Shown: one piece after another, positions 1 to 22,140 of the stretch
How positions within the stretch are numbered: position 1 is the first letter of the stretch
Layout of the letters: every line of letters starts with the position of its first letter
DNA from: the human T2T-CHM13v2.0 reference genome, Homo sapiens
Direction: 5' to 3' (one strand)
NCBI RefSeq assembly: GCF_009914755.1
Contig: NC_060929.1
DNA length: 64,000 nucleotides
Position numbers and translations under genes: made by a program
The notes under the pieces: model-generated
The model's database searches: none
What the model saw: the letters and a program-made list of their open reading frames with translations, nothing else
What the model was told of the DNA's origin: nothing

Positions 1-837
1 CACAGGGAGCTCGAGAGGTGCGGGAAGGCAGCTGGGCCTGCGATAAATCAGCCGCCATAACCTGCCCGCTTTCCCAGAGTCAGTCTGCTCCCTGGGGTGC
101 AGGGAGCTGGCAGGGCACCAGGGGAGGCTGAATTTCCTTTGCAATGGGAACCCCCCCACCTCCGCCGCCCACACCAGCCATTTTCTCCACCTCTCCTTTC
201 TCACTGCTCTTCCAATGGAAACCCTGCCCTCCCTTCCTCCCCCAATCGACCCTTCTTAGCTGAGGGGGGATTGATCCAGACCTTGCCCGTCTTTCTGGGC
301 CTCCCTTCCCTCCCCCTCAGTGGCTTCGATTCCCTCCTGAGCCTACGGCCCATTCCGTCTTCAGCAGACTTGTCTTCCTCTGAGATCCAGCCTGGCAGAG
401 AGCAGCCACGTGATTGATGAGCTAAGATGCTGGGCTGGCAGGCGGGTGGCAGCCAGCCAGAGACAAGGCTCTCACAAGATAGCAGAGCTGCCCCGGGGAG
501 AGCCCGCAGCTACCGGGATGCGATGCTCCCTGGGGTTGCCCCCTTAGTCCCCCGATGCCTGGGTTGGTGGTGGCAGCACTCTGGGCAGAGCAGGTAGCCA
601 CAAGTGTCACTGGTACAGTACCTGGTGCGCACTGGTCCCTCAATGAATGAGTGCTCTCTTCTTTCCCCACTCCAAAACAGAGGCCCAAGTAGATGAACAC
701 AGTGAACTTCTTAAAGCTGGAAATGTCTGTCATTCAGTCATGCCACTCAGTTCAGGTGTTTGTAATTTGCCTATTCATTCATTCATTCATGTGTGCAACA
801 TGAAGCTTTGCTTGTGGAGGATCAGCACTCCATTGTC

Positions 838-1525
838 ACTGCGAGTGTGGTCTTGGGAGGCAGGCTGGTTTGAATCCAGGCTCCATTCCTTCCTAGCTGC
901 CTGACCTTGGGCAGGTCTCTTCACCTGCCTAAGTTGCAGCTTCTCTCAAGGTTGCCATTGCAAGATTCAGCCAGATAATACATGTAAACTGCTTAGAACA
1001 GAGCCTAGCATAGAAAAGAGATCAATAAATTCATTCATTCAACGACTGATAGCTGAAGGCCTACATTGGGCCAGGTTCTGGGGCCACAGTCACTAACAAG
1101 ACAGGTAAGGTCTCTGATCTCAAGCACTTCATCTTTGAGAGAGGAAAGACTGACAGACACATAACTGAATGAAAAAACAAGGACATCCTAGGGAGAGCTA
1201 AGAGGATGTAAAATGGCGAGGGGTGATGGAGGGGGCAGTAGTCATGAAGGCCCTTTCAGGGAGGGGACTTGGGAGCTGAGTTTGGATGAGGAAGCGGCTG
1301 TCAGGTGAAAACCTGGGGAAACAGCATTCTAGCTAGAGGGAACAGCACATGTTCCTGGAGGCAGGAATAAACCTTGGAATATGTAAGAATCAGAAAAAGA
1401 AAAGAGAGACCACTGTGGAGAAGCAAAAGGAAGGGGAGCGTATAGGAGATGAGCTTGGAGACACAGACAAGCCAGATCAGCTAGGGCTTGCAGGCTGGCA
1501 TAAAGGTTTTATTTTAAGCACAGTG
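838..1525 (+). mobile_element. MIR followed by L2 3' fragments
   Basis: MIR core (tgaatccaggctcc...ctagctg...tgaccttgggcagg) then attcattcattcaac and gcattctag...gggaacagca L2-type blocks. Confidence 0.55.
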
Positions 1526-2104
1526 GGAAGTGACTGTGCTTTTGTTTTTGTTTGCTTTTTGGTCTGTATAGCTGGAAAAAAAAGGAATTAATTGCCAACA
1601 CTTTAAGCACAGGAGCAGTCTGACGGGGGAAATAGGAGAGAGAGCAGCTACCATGGTGGCTTGGGCTCCGGTGGTGGCCATAGCAAATTTAGGAGGGTTT
1701 GGGAGGCACAGGGACAGGTCTTTTCCTGGTTACCTGGGAGGAGGGTGATCACAATCAAGGTGTCCATTCTATTATCTCATTTGAGCCTCCTAATGAATGC
1801 TGGTGTAGGTCATGTACTGAGCTAGGGAAGCCTGGAGAGACTGTTTCGCAGCCTTTGTGGATAATGGTGATTTTGCTTTATGCAGTGAGTTAAGAATAGA
1901 GGGTACAATGCTTACAGGAGGTGATCTCTGTCCTCGAGAATCTAAGGTTTAGTTGGGGAGTCAGAGAAATGAGCAGGCAATGACAATCCAGTGTGACAGC
2001 TGCTGTGACAGGGAGGGAAAGGGAGCTTGGTGTCCAGGGGATGCACCTACCCGAACATGGGAGTGCTGGCTTCCTGCTCTTGCCTCTTCTCTGGCCTCCT
2101 CTGA

Positions 2105-5480
<3,376 letters not shown>

Positions 5481-5857
5481 AAAAATCTGCAAGCTCCTAT
5501 AAAACAGGGACAGAGTATATCTTGTTCACTCCTAGATCCCAATCCCACAGACTGGCACAAGGTAAGTGTTCTCTCCATGTGAATTGAATGAATGAATGCA
5601 TGCATGAATGAATGAATGAAGGTGAGACTTGAAAAATAAATTGAGAGCTAAGATAATGCCAGGCATAGGGAATGGCTTGTACAAGGGCCAGGAGTCAAGA
5701 GAAAATGGTATAGTCAGAGAACCGAAAGGACTGAAAGATCTGAAACCATTTTTATCTTCTCTGGGCCCTTAGCCATGCACACAGGGGATCTTCAGGAAGT
5801 GCGGAAGCCTTCCTTCTCTTTCCACCTCTGTTTTGTGAATAGAAAAACAGTAGCAGG

Positions 5858-10100
<4,243 letters not shown>

Positions 10101-10721
10101 CCTATATGTGCTCTTAAATGTCTCAGCATGGGAAGGAATCACTCAGGAGAAGAGCGTTGACAAGGAAGAGAAGCAGTTCCAGGACCTCACCTGGGGGGAG
10201 CACATTATATTTTCTTGCCAAGTAGAGGAGGAACCTGTGAAGGAGAGTGAGAAGCAGCAGCCAGTGAGGCAGGAGGAAAACCAGGACATTTCTGTGAAAG
10301 AACAAAAGCTTTGCAAGAAAGCCTTTTAAGTAAGAGGAAGTAATATAAAACCAATACTAGTGGATGAATCTGGGTAAGGGAACTGTCTGGGGACAGACAG
10401 GGCTGGAAGGGAGGGGAACAAAGGACATTGGATTTGGGGCCCAGATGAAGTTGAAGATATGCTGGAGGGAGGAGTAAATGAATGGCAGGAGGAGGAAGTG
10501 CTGGTCAAAGAGAACCCCTGACCTTGGAATTTCAGAGGAAGTGTGATGCTAGGATGGGAGGCAGGGACGTGATGGTGGGAGGATGGCTGAGGTGCGTGGA
10601 GGGCACCATTGATTACAGGGACTAAGAAACAGAGGCCACATGTCAGTGGGTCCTTCAGCTGGAGGCTGAAGTGGTGGTGACAGGAATAAAGATGAAGACA
10701 GCTGTGAGCCACTCTGACCAG

Positions 10722-11293
10722 TGCAGAAAGTGAAGTAGAGCTTCCTCTTCAAAGGGACTTTCCTTCCTGTCTAATTAGGAATAAACAGTAACTTCTCTTA
10801 GAAGCAAAATTTATTCAAATACCTGTGCTAACATTCTTAGAAATCTGCTAGCCGTAATAAAGAAATCAATGTACTTTGTGTTCTTAGCACCCACATTTTA
10901 GCCTAGATATTTGCCCTGGCATGCTTATACTGATCCAAGCAAGCAGTAGGTCACAGCCTGTTCCTCTTCCTTATTCGGAGGTGTTTTTACCTTTCTCAGC
11001 ATTCCACAGGTTGCTTCCTCCTTCCTTTGTTCTCCTCTGCCTTTGCCTCTTTCAGAAAGTTCTAAATGACTAGCCAATCGGGACAAGTATAGAATGTGAG
11101 GTACCCTTCCAGCCAACGGAAACTGGACACAGCAGTAGGGTGGATGCATCAGGTTATAAATGACCCTGTCTCCTTTGTTCGTGTGTGCTCTTGCGAGAAT
11201 TACTGATAGTGATGGCACCCTTTCTGCAGAAAGTAAACTAGCCTTGCTGAGAGATCCTTTGTTTTTTATGACACCAAGCACCTGTTCCCAACA
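10722..11293 (+). mobile_element. Solo ERV1-class LTR, LTR10-like (tentatively LTR10C)
   Basis: TG...CA termini flanked by a 4-bp target-site duplication CCAG (10718-10721, 11294-11297); CCAAT 11074-11078, TATAAA 11155-11160. Confidence 0.75.
10754..10763 (+). promoter_or_regulatory. Perfect NF-kB site GGGACTTTCC inside a solo LTR
   Basis: Exact canonical kB decamer; overlaps TCF/LEF-type TTCAAAG (10748-10754). Confidence 0.8.
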
Positions 11294-11934
11294 CCAGTGA
11301 GGGCCACCTCCAAGAAGCTGGCAAGAGAGAGGAACAAGAAGAGTTGTGGGCAGGAAAGATTGATGTAATGAACCCACAGGTGGTAATGTGTTTGGAAGAA
11401 GGGAGGAGAAAGGGATTGCAAGAGCCAGGTGTGGTGGCTCACACCTGTAAGCTCAACACTCTGGGAGGCCGAGGAGGGTGGATCACTTGAGCTCAGGAGT
11501 TTGAGACCAGTCTGGGCAACATGGTGAGATCCCGTCTGTACCAAAAATACAAAAACTTAGCTGGGCCTGGTGGTGCCCATCGGTGGTCCCAGCTACTTGG
11601 GAGGTTGAGGTGGAAGTTAAGCTGGAGAGTGGGGCATTAGGGGGGTGGGGGTTGCAGTGAGCCGAGATTGGGCCACTGCACTCTAACCTGGGTGACATAG
11701 TGAAAAAAAAAAAAAGATTGCAAGAGAGTGAACTGACCTCCCAGGCCCTGATCTACAGGGTGTGTGAGAAAATTAAAAACAGGTGGCACCGGCCTGTAGT
11801 CCCAGCTACTCAGGAGAAAGAGGCGGGAGGATCGCTTGAGCCCAGGAGGCTGGGTAGAGCCTGCAGAGAGCTATGATTACACTACTGCACTCCAGGCTGG
11901 GTGACCCTGTTTCCAACAACAACAGCGACAACAA

Positions 11935-12012
11935 AACAGATTACTTTGAAGGGACTAGAAGGAGGACACAGGGTCCTGGAGGAAGGCAGCTGGCAAGTTA
12001 CAGAGCAGAAAG
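11935..12012 (+). other. FABP6: Probable non-coding first exon of the FABP6 long transcript (5' end approximate)
   Basis: Unique sequence after an Alu-monomer tail, ending in AAG|gtgaag at 12013; ~1.2 kb downstream of a perfect kB site, consistent with what I recall of the IBABP-L promoter. The TSS cannot be read from sequence. Confidence 0.5.
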
Positions 12013-12275
12013 GTGAAGGGACTGTCCAGGGAAGAGGGGAGGCTCCAGAAGTTATCCTTGAGGAACCAACAGCACGGGGTGGGGGTTGGGGGGGAGCTCA
12101 TGGAAGGGTGGGGAAACTGGGGAAAGGGAAAACTCGAGTCAGATCAGGAGTAGAGCCCTGACTTGGGGGAACAAGGGTGCAGGTGATGGAAGCTGGGAGC
12201 TGTGGGAAGCTTGAGCCTGTAGTGCTGAAGGGTCTACCCATTCCATCAACAGTTCCTCTCCAGCAACTGTTCTGA

Positions 12276-12488
<213 letters not shown>

Positions 12489-12939
12489 TAGTAGAGACAG
12501 GGTTTCTCCATGTTGGTCAGGCTGGTCTAGAACTCCCGACTTCAGGTGATCCACCCGCCTCGGCCTCCCAAAGTGTTGAGATTACAGAAGTGAGCCACTG
12601 AGACCCCGGCCTGCTAATATTTTTATTATTTCTCCAGGCTACAAGAGAGGGAATCTCCTGAATTCCTCTGGGGCAGCCCTCCCAATTCACCCGGGAGAAA
12701 AGCAGGCAGGGGCCGGGCTAGGATTCCAGAGGGGTGGGAAGCCCTGGTGGAATGGGGTAGCTGGAGCCAAGCACCCCAGGAATGCCCTCCCGGCCTCTCC
12801 TCCCGATTCCTTATCAGCTACAAGCTCGAGTTTCCTCAGCCACACGCGATCAAATGCTGCTTCAGAGCTCTAGGAAGCTGGGTGTGTCTTCTGTGCTTTG
12901 TAAAAAAGAAACGAAAAAAACATTAGCAAATCCCCAGCC

Positions 12940-13270
12940 CAGGTAGCCGGCTGGCTGAGGGCGGACTCTTGGAACTGGGCGGTGGGAGGTGGGGGACGGG
13001 GGAGGGATTGGGGGGCCCTTGCTCCAAAGCCAAAGAGCGGGAAACAGGAACTGCAGGGAGGCCACTCCGCAGGCGCCTCCCCTTTCCCGCTGGGGAGAGG
13101 CCGCCGCCGCGCGGCGCTCGGCCTGCACCGACCCTCCGGGGACCCCGCTAAACGGAGGAGACCCCAGGCCCGGAGGTGTCGCCCCTGGGCTGCGACCCCC
13201 GACTTTGGCCGGCTTCTCCCTGCGGAGAAGGAGGCAGCGCCGGGACCGGGCTGTTAGCCACGTGCTGGGT
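12940..13270. promoter_or_regulatory. CpG-rich island-like patch ~1 kb into long-isoform intron 1
   Basis: High GC and CpG density (ccgccgccgcgcggcgctcg etc.), non-repetitive. Confidence 0.7.
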
Positions 13271-13594
13271 GGCCTTGGGCAGATTGCCTCCTGTCTCTGG
13301 GCCTCAGATTTTCTCATCTAAAAAGAGGGGGCTGGACTCATTTCTGCAAGGCCCCTCCCGGTTGGAGCGGTTCCCTGCAATTCCCTTCCTTCTCTGAACT
13401 TGAAACTCTTCCCTCCCCCATCCCCTTGGGGTGGCCCCTGGATTATCTGGGTGGTGCTTATCCAGTCTGCCGCCTTGAGAGAAAATGTTGCCCTGCAGCT
13501 GTGATTTACAGCAGGGCTCTGCACCCTTTTTCTTTTTTTGTTTTTCTTTATTTTCCCTCCTTCTTTCCTTTTTACATCTAGAGTACACACTTTA

Positions 13595-13760
13595 TGCACC
13601 CTTTTCCTATAAAGGGTCAGAGAGTAAATACTTCGGGTTTTGCAGGCCACACTCTCTGTCACAGCTATTCAACTCCGTCATTGTAGCCAAGGCAGCCATG
13701 GATAAGACATAAACGAGTGGGCATGATGTGTTTCCATGAAGCTTTGTTTATTGCAGCTGA
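13595..13760 (+). mobile_element. MER58A-like hAT relic
   Basis: taaagggtcagagagtaaata...gcaggccac...ctattcaactc...tgtagc...gcagccat. Confidence 0.7.
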
Positions 13761-14039
<279 letters not shown>

Positions 14040-14811
14040 TGATCCATCCATCTCAGTCTCCCAAAGTGTTGGAATTACAGGCATGAGCCACCGCGTCAGG
14101 CCAAGAAATTGTATTCTTCTTTTTATTTTTTTCAGCCTTTTAAACCTTGGCTGGGTGCAGTGGCTCATGTCTGTAATTCCAGCACTTTGGGAGGCTAAGG
14201 CAGGAGGATCTATTGAGCCCAGGAATTGGAGACCAGCCTGGGACAACGTAGAGAGACCCTATCTCTACAAAAAATTAAAACATTTAAAAAATTTTAAGAT
14301 ATACTACTGACATACCTCAGAGCATAGTTGTGGGAATGAAGTGAGAATACAGATGAAGCTATCGCATAAAGGATATTATTCTTTGGGAAGTTGTTGGTAT
14401 GTATCCTCAGCAGAAGATGTGGACTTAGAGATTTGGATGGTGTCTTGCTGGCCATCCACTCCCAAAATTTCGTGAGCAAAGGCACTGTGTGTGCCCACTG
14501 TGCAATAGCTCATTTAATTATCTCAGGCATAGGAGATAAAAATGACATATTCCTACTTTACAGGAGCTCAGAGCCAAGGTTTGAACTGGCTGTATTAGAT
14601 CTGCCTTCAGAGCCCCTACTCATCTTCCTCCTTTCTCTCTGAACAAACTTGCCTCTGAACAAACTTGGAGTTGCTTATCTATCCAGCAACAAGACCTTAA
14701 ACAGAACGCTATTTTTCTGGACATCTATAACCTCTTTGGTCAAGGGACAAGAATTAACACCTTCTATGTGCAACTGTCATCGTGTCGTAGCTTTTTTATT
14801 TTTATTTTTGA

Positions 14812-15119
<308 letters not shown>

Positions 15120-15549
15120 TGAGGCTTGAGATTAAAGTAAGGATTGAAATCTAGGCCTGCCTGACCCCAAAACTGAGCTCTTTCTACTGGGAATAGCTTC
15201 AGAGTAACCAGTTGCATGGGCCCTAAGTCTAGGAGCCCTTGAGAACTCCTCCCTTCCCTTAACCTATGTCCATTATACTGGCAAGTTGTTTTGATTCATC
15301 CATGAAAATATATCCTGAATCTATTTTGGGGCTAGAGGGAAACCATAGAATGCTTTGGAAGTTATTGTGATCTTTTAAAAATGCAAATCAGGCCGGGCAC
15401 GGTGGCTCATGCCCATAATCCCAGCACTTTCGGAGGCCGAGGCGGGCGGATCATGAAGTCAGGAGATCAAGACCATCCTGGCTAACACAGTGAAACCCCA
15501 TCTCTACTAAACATGAAAAAAAAAAAAATTAGCCAGCGTGGTGTACTCA

Positions 15550-15678
<129 letters not shown>

Positions 15679-15699
15679 TCATGCCACATCCCTGCCTAG

Positions 15700-16058
<359 letters not shown>

Positions 16059-16364
16059 TTACTAGGGCTCTGTGCCACCTAGACCCTGCCCATCTCTCTA
16101 CTGTGTTCCCCTCTCATGCCCTCATTCCTTTTGCTTCAGCGTCAATGGCTTTCTTTCTGTTTCTCTTTTTATTTATTAAAAAAATTTTTTTAATTGAGAT
16201 GGGGTCTCACTATATTACCAAGGCTGGTGTTGAAATCCTGGGCTCGGCCGGGCGCGGTGGCTCACGCCTGTAATCCCAGCACTTTGGGAGGCCGAGGCGG
16301 GCAGATCACAAGGTCAGGAGATCCAGACCACCCTGGCTAACATGGTGAAACCCCATCTCTACTA

Positions 16365-16623
<259 letters not shown>

Positions 16624-17613
16624 CTAACTTGCCAGGGAGCCATATCCCCTTTCCCTCACCTGACCCCTTGAATTTTCCTGCCAGTATTCACAAGGGTAAA
16701 GGCCCCAATGTCACCTACCCAGCCAGCCTTCCCTGGCAATCCCCACTGGTCCTCTTTTTCTAAATTAAACTTTTTAGAGATGGGGTCTTGCTATGTTGCC
16801 GAGGCTAATCTTGAACTCCTGGGCTCAAGCAATCCTCCTCCTTCAGCCTCCCAAGTGGCTGATACTACAGGCTCATACCACTGTGCCCGGCCTCGCCAGT
16901 CTTCTTATCCCTCACCCTGTGTTCTCCTGTTTCCAGCAGTCATCCCTATCTGACATTTTTCTGCACACACTGCATCTTCCCCAGGGCAAGGTTAGCTCCA
17001 TTCCTGCAGAAACCTTGCGTGTTTACTCTCCACTAAGTCCCCAGGCTTCGCCCACGTCTGGCACATAGTAAGTGCTCAACATATGTCTGATGAGCTAATG
17101 GCCCATTAGGCCTGGATCCCCTCTCTATGGGAAATCATGAACTTGCAGCAAACAGAATCATCCAATAGACACTGGGCCCTACTATGCGCCTGGCACCGTG
17201 CTAGACAGCAGGGCAGCCACAGAGACACAGGCTCAGTCCTGGCTGAGGAACTCACTGGCCCACTGGGCAGAGATAATGTGCTTGTACAGTAAGGCCAGGC
17301 AAGGCGCATGCGCCCAGGTTCTACTGAAAGGCCGTCTGGGGTCAAAGGGTAGCTGGAGATAATGCCAGTGTGGCTCCTGGATCATATAAGAAATCCCACG
17401 CTGGGGTTGATGGCTCATGCCTGTAATCCCAGCACTTTGGGAGGCTGAGGTGGGAGGATTGCTTGAAGTCAGGAGTTTGAGACCAGCCTGAGCAACACAG
17501 TGAGACCCTGTCTCTACAAAAAATAAAAAATAAGCCAGGCATGGTGGTGCACACCTGTAGTCTGAACTACTTGGGAAGCTGAGGCAGGAGGATTGCTTAA
17601 GCCTGGGAGATTG

Positions 17614-19038
17614 TGTGTCTGGAATTGGTGGGTTCTTGGTCTCACTGACTTCAAGAATGAAGCCACGGACCCTTGCGGTGAGTGTTACAGCTCTTAAGGT
17701 GGCACGTCTGGAGTTTGTTCCTTCTGATGTTCGGATGTGTTCAGAGTTTCTTCCTTCTGGTGGGTTCGTGGTCTCGCTGGCTCAGGCGTGAAACTGCAGA
17801 CTTTCGCGGTGAGTGTTGCGGCACGTCTGGAGTTGTTCGTTCCTCCCGGTGGGCTCGTGGTCTCGCTGGCTTCAGGAGTGAAGCTGCAGACTTTCACGGT
17901 AAGTGTTATAGCTCATAAAAGCAGTGGGGACCCAAAGAGTGAGCAGTAGCAAGATTTATTGCAAAGAGCAAAAGAACAAGGCTTCCACAGTGTGGAAGGG
18001 AACCCGAGCGGATTGCGACTGCTGGCTCAGGCAGCCTGCTTTTATTCTCTTATCTGGCCCCACCCACATCCTGCTGATTGGTAGAGCCGAGTGGCCTGTT
18101 TTGGCAGGGTGCTGATTGGTGCGTTTACAATCCCTGAGCTAGATACAAAGGTTCTCCTCATCCCCATCAGATTAGTTAGATACGGAGTATCCACACAAAG
18201 GTTCTCCAAGGCCCCACCAGAGCAGCTAGATACAGTGTCGATTGGTGCACTCACAAACCCTGAGCTAGACACAGGGTGCTGATTGGTGTGTTTACAAACC
18301 TTGAGCTAGATAGAGAGTGCCGATTGGTGTTTTTACAATCCCTGAGCTAGACATAAAGATTCTCCACCTCCCCACCAGACTCAGGAGCCCAGCTGGCTTC
18401 ACCCAGTGGATCCCGCACCAGGGTTGCAGGTGGAGCTGCCTGCCAGTCACGCGCCATGCGCTCGCACTCCTCAGCCCTTGGCGGTCGATGGGACTGGGCG
18501 CCGTGGGGCAGGGGGCGGCGCTCGTCGGGGAGGCTCGGGCTGCGCAGGTGCCCACGGAGGCGGGGGAAGGCTCCTGCATGGCTGGCTGCAGGTCCCGAGC
18601 CCTGCCCCATGGGAAGGCAGCTAAGGCCCGGCGAGAAATCAAGCGCAGCGCCGGTGGGCCGGCACTGCTGGGGGACCCAGTACACCCTCCGCAGCCGCTG
18701 GCCCAGGTGCTAAGTCCCTCATTGCCCGGGGCCACCAGGGCCGGCCGGCTGCTCCCAGTGCGGGGCCCACCAAGCCCACGCCCACCGGCAACTCCAGCTG
18801 GCCCGCAAGCGCCGCACGCATCCGCACGCAGCCCCAGTTCCTGCTCGCGCCTCTCCCTCCACACCTCCCTGCAAGCTGAGGGAGTGGGCTCCAGCCTTGG
18901 CCAGCCCAGAAAGGGACTCCCACAGTGCAGTGGTGGGCTGAAGGGCTCCTCAAGTGCCGCCAAAGTGGGAGCCCAGGCAGAGGAGGCCCCGAGAGTGAGC
19001 GAGGGCTGTGAGGACTGCCAGCACGCTGTTATCTCTCA
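17614..19038 (-). mobile_element. Solo LTR12C (ERV9) inserted into an Alu
   Basis: Both termini match LTR12C in reverse (tgtgtctggaattggtggg... and ...cagcacgctgttatctctca); repeated GATTGG (CCAAT) units at 18.07-18.33 kb; CpG-rich U3; host Alu resumes at 19039 (attg/tttg flanks). Confidence 0.93.
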
Positions 19039-20298
19039 TTTGAGGCTGCAGTGAGCCATGATTGCACCATTGCACTCCAGCCTGGGCAATGGAGCAAGAC
19101 CCGGTCTCAAAAAAATTAAATAAATAAAAAATAAAAATAAAAAGAGAGAGAGAGAAAGAAATCCCCTTTCTGAGCTGGGCCTCTCACCAGGGACACCCTC
19201 TGCGTAGAACACCCCTATCCACCGCACTCCAACTCTCCCAGGCTTTTTGTTCATTCTTTTGATTCCAGTGTCCACCTCCTTACCTCCAGGCCTTTCCTGA
19301 CCCCTCATGTCCCACCTTGATGGCAGTCCCTTTAGATCCCCTGTCCTGATGCTGACCACTGCTCTGATGGCCGGTTTCCCTGCCTATACCTCCATATTCC
19401 CCACTCCCTGCCCACCCCATCAGTCTATTTGTTCCCGGAAAGCAGGGACCTTGACTAGCACCCAGTGCAGTGCTCAGTACATACCAGGAGCTCAAGGAAT
19501 ATTTGTTGTCTGAATGAACAAATACACAGACAGAGTATTTCCTGGGAAGGCAGAATTTAATCTCCTTCCTGGCTGGGTGCAGTGGCTCATGCCTGTAATC
19601 CCAGAACTTTGGGAAGCCAAGGCAGGTGGATCACTTGAGGTCAAGAGTTTGAGACCAGCCTGGCCAACATGGTGAAACCCCGACTCTACTAAAAATACAA
19701 ACATTAGCCGGGCATGGTGGCGGGTGCCTATAATCCCAGCTACTCAGGAGGCTGAGGCCGGAGAATTGCTTGAACCTGGAGGCAGAGGTTGCAGTTAGCT
19801 GAGATGGTGCCACTGCACTCCAGCCTGGGCAACAGAGCGAGACTCTGTCTCAAAAAAAAAAAAAAAAAAAAAAAAAAGACTCTCCTTTCTGAGGCCAGCA
19901 CAAGGGGTTGAGAACAAGAGCCCTTCCACATGGTCACAGCCCGTTCTTAGTGTGTATTCACTGCTGGACTGGCCACTGCCTCATTCAGGGCTCTACTGCC
20001 AAGCCTCAAACTTTTTTTCTGTCTCTCTCTCTCTTTTTGAGACAGGGACACGTTCTGTGGCCTGGCTGAAGTGCAGTGGCACGATCACAGCTCACTGCAG
20101 CCACCGCTTCCCAGGCTTGAGAGATCCTCCCCATCTCAGCCTCCCAAGGAGCTGAGACTACAGTCATGCACCACCTTACCCAGATAATTTTTGGTAGAGA
20201 CAGGGTTTTGCCTTGTTACTGGTCTGGAACTCCTAGGCTCAAGTCATCCACTTGCCTCGGCCTCCTAAAGTGCTGGGATCCCAGGTGTGAACCAGCCC

Positions 20299-20513
20299 AC
20301 CTGGCTATTTTTTCCTTTATTATTATTTTTCTTAGGTCCATGAAGGTTCATATTGCAAGAAGTCCACAGGGTATAGAGCAATGTGGCTCCCTCTTTCTCT
20401 TCCCCAGAGGGAGCTGCTGCATGGTTTCCGTGTGCTGTCTTCCACTTTGCTGCATCTTCACTTCAGGGAGGCCTGCAGTCTGCAGCCCTCTTGGGACCCG
20501 AGGGCACCACTCC
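20299..20513 (-). ncRNA. Terminal exon of an antisense transcript
   Basis: Branch-point CTGAC plus tcttctgttccaacag| acceptor on minus, followed ~190 nt later by AATAAA. The 3' end is estimated. Confidence 0.55.
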
Positions 20514-21078
20514 CTGTTGGAACAGAAGAGTCAGTTCTGGCATCAGCAGTATCACTCTGTAGCTGGGTCCAGGCAGAGGGGACATGGGCCAGGAGGATTT
20601 ATTCCAGGCTGTAAGATGCCCAAGTGCAGGGCAGCTGGAGAAGCCCATGCCAAGAGAGCAGGCAGTGCCCACAGTCCTCCTTTACAGGGTGTCTACTGGA
20701 TCTCATGTCAAAGCACCAAGATGCCAGGTGGCTTGATGATGCCTGGGGAGCCACCATGGCACTCAAGGGGAAAGGGTCTCACTCCACGGGGAGACCTGGA
20801 GAGGGACATCCCCTATCCAACCCCTTCTGCCAGGTCTAGCCCAAGCCTTCCCCAAGAGGGTTGAGAAGGCGGTGACAACCTCAACTACAGCTTCTCTGCC
20901 CAAACATGAATCCAGGTTTAGATAAAGATGAACAACAGGAGGCCCCAAAAAGGAAACCTGATGGGGCTCTGGGGAGAGAGGCTCTAGGGTTAGGGAAGGC
21001 TTTCCTGGGGGACTAGTGTATATACGAGCCTCAGGTCTTGTAAGGTTTTGGAACGAGGGTTGGCAGCTTCATTGTTGA

Positions 21079-21375
<297 letters not shown>

Positions 21376-22140
21376 TGATCTGCCCACCTCGACCTCCCAA
21401 AGTGCTGGGATTACAGGCGTGAGCCACCGCGCCTGGCCTCCAATTCTATTTTCTATTCTCCATATTTTAGGACCAGGAAGGCAGATGCTGGCCACTCAGC
21501 CACTCTCATCCCGCTTTCCTACTCCAGACCTTATTAGGCTACCGTGACACCTTGTCTGCTAAGCAACACATGTCTGCAATGGGAGAAATCCCATTTGCCA
21601 CCCTTCCCTAAAGGAGCTCTGCCTTACCTCAACAGGCCCCACGAAGAAGCCCATGGGAGTGGCCTCTCCTAGAGTTTTGCAGTGCACAACCTGTGCAGCC
21701 CTCCACAGGGGCCCTGCCCGGCTAGACAGATGGCTTTTGGAGGCTCCATAAGGTGGGAAGAGGGGTGGGCCCAGGGGGTTCATAACCTCCCACACTGCTT
21801 CACCCTAGGCAGTTCTACGCTCTCTGTCTTACACAGTGGACTTACATTGGACTTCTGAATAAGACTTCACTTGAGACAGCGTGTCCCATTGCTAATAACA
21901 ATGACACAGGCTGTGACAACCCCTTCAGTAGAGAGAGACCAGTTAAACCACAGGCTTCACAGTCTTAATCCCAGCTCTGCCTCTTACTGCCTGCATGACC
22001 TTGGGTGAATAATACTATGTACCTCACAGTGTGGCTGAGAAGACCAATAGAGATAATGCAGGGACAGTGTGGCCAGTGTGGTGATAGTGGGACCACAAGG
22101 AAGAGGACAGTCCCTTCCAGCTCTGCCGGCAGAGCCTAGG

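Noticed and set aside
18292-19054. Long overlapping ORFs (223 aa minus, 245 aa plus)
   Set aside because: They lie within the GC-rich U3 of LTR12C, where stop codons are rare by composition; no protein-family features.
20166-20864. 232-aa plus-strand ORF
   Set aside because: Begins inside an Alu, has no recognisable domain or supporting splice structure; the splice and polyA signals here are on the minus strand.
21551-21573. Possible additional antisense exon after E10 (acceptor tttctcccattgcag)
   Set aside because: Good acceptor but no convincing donor, so the C-terminus of the antisense model is left unresolved.
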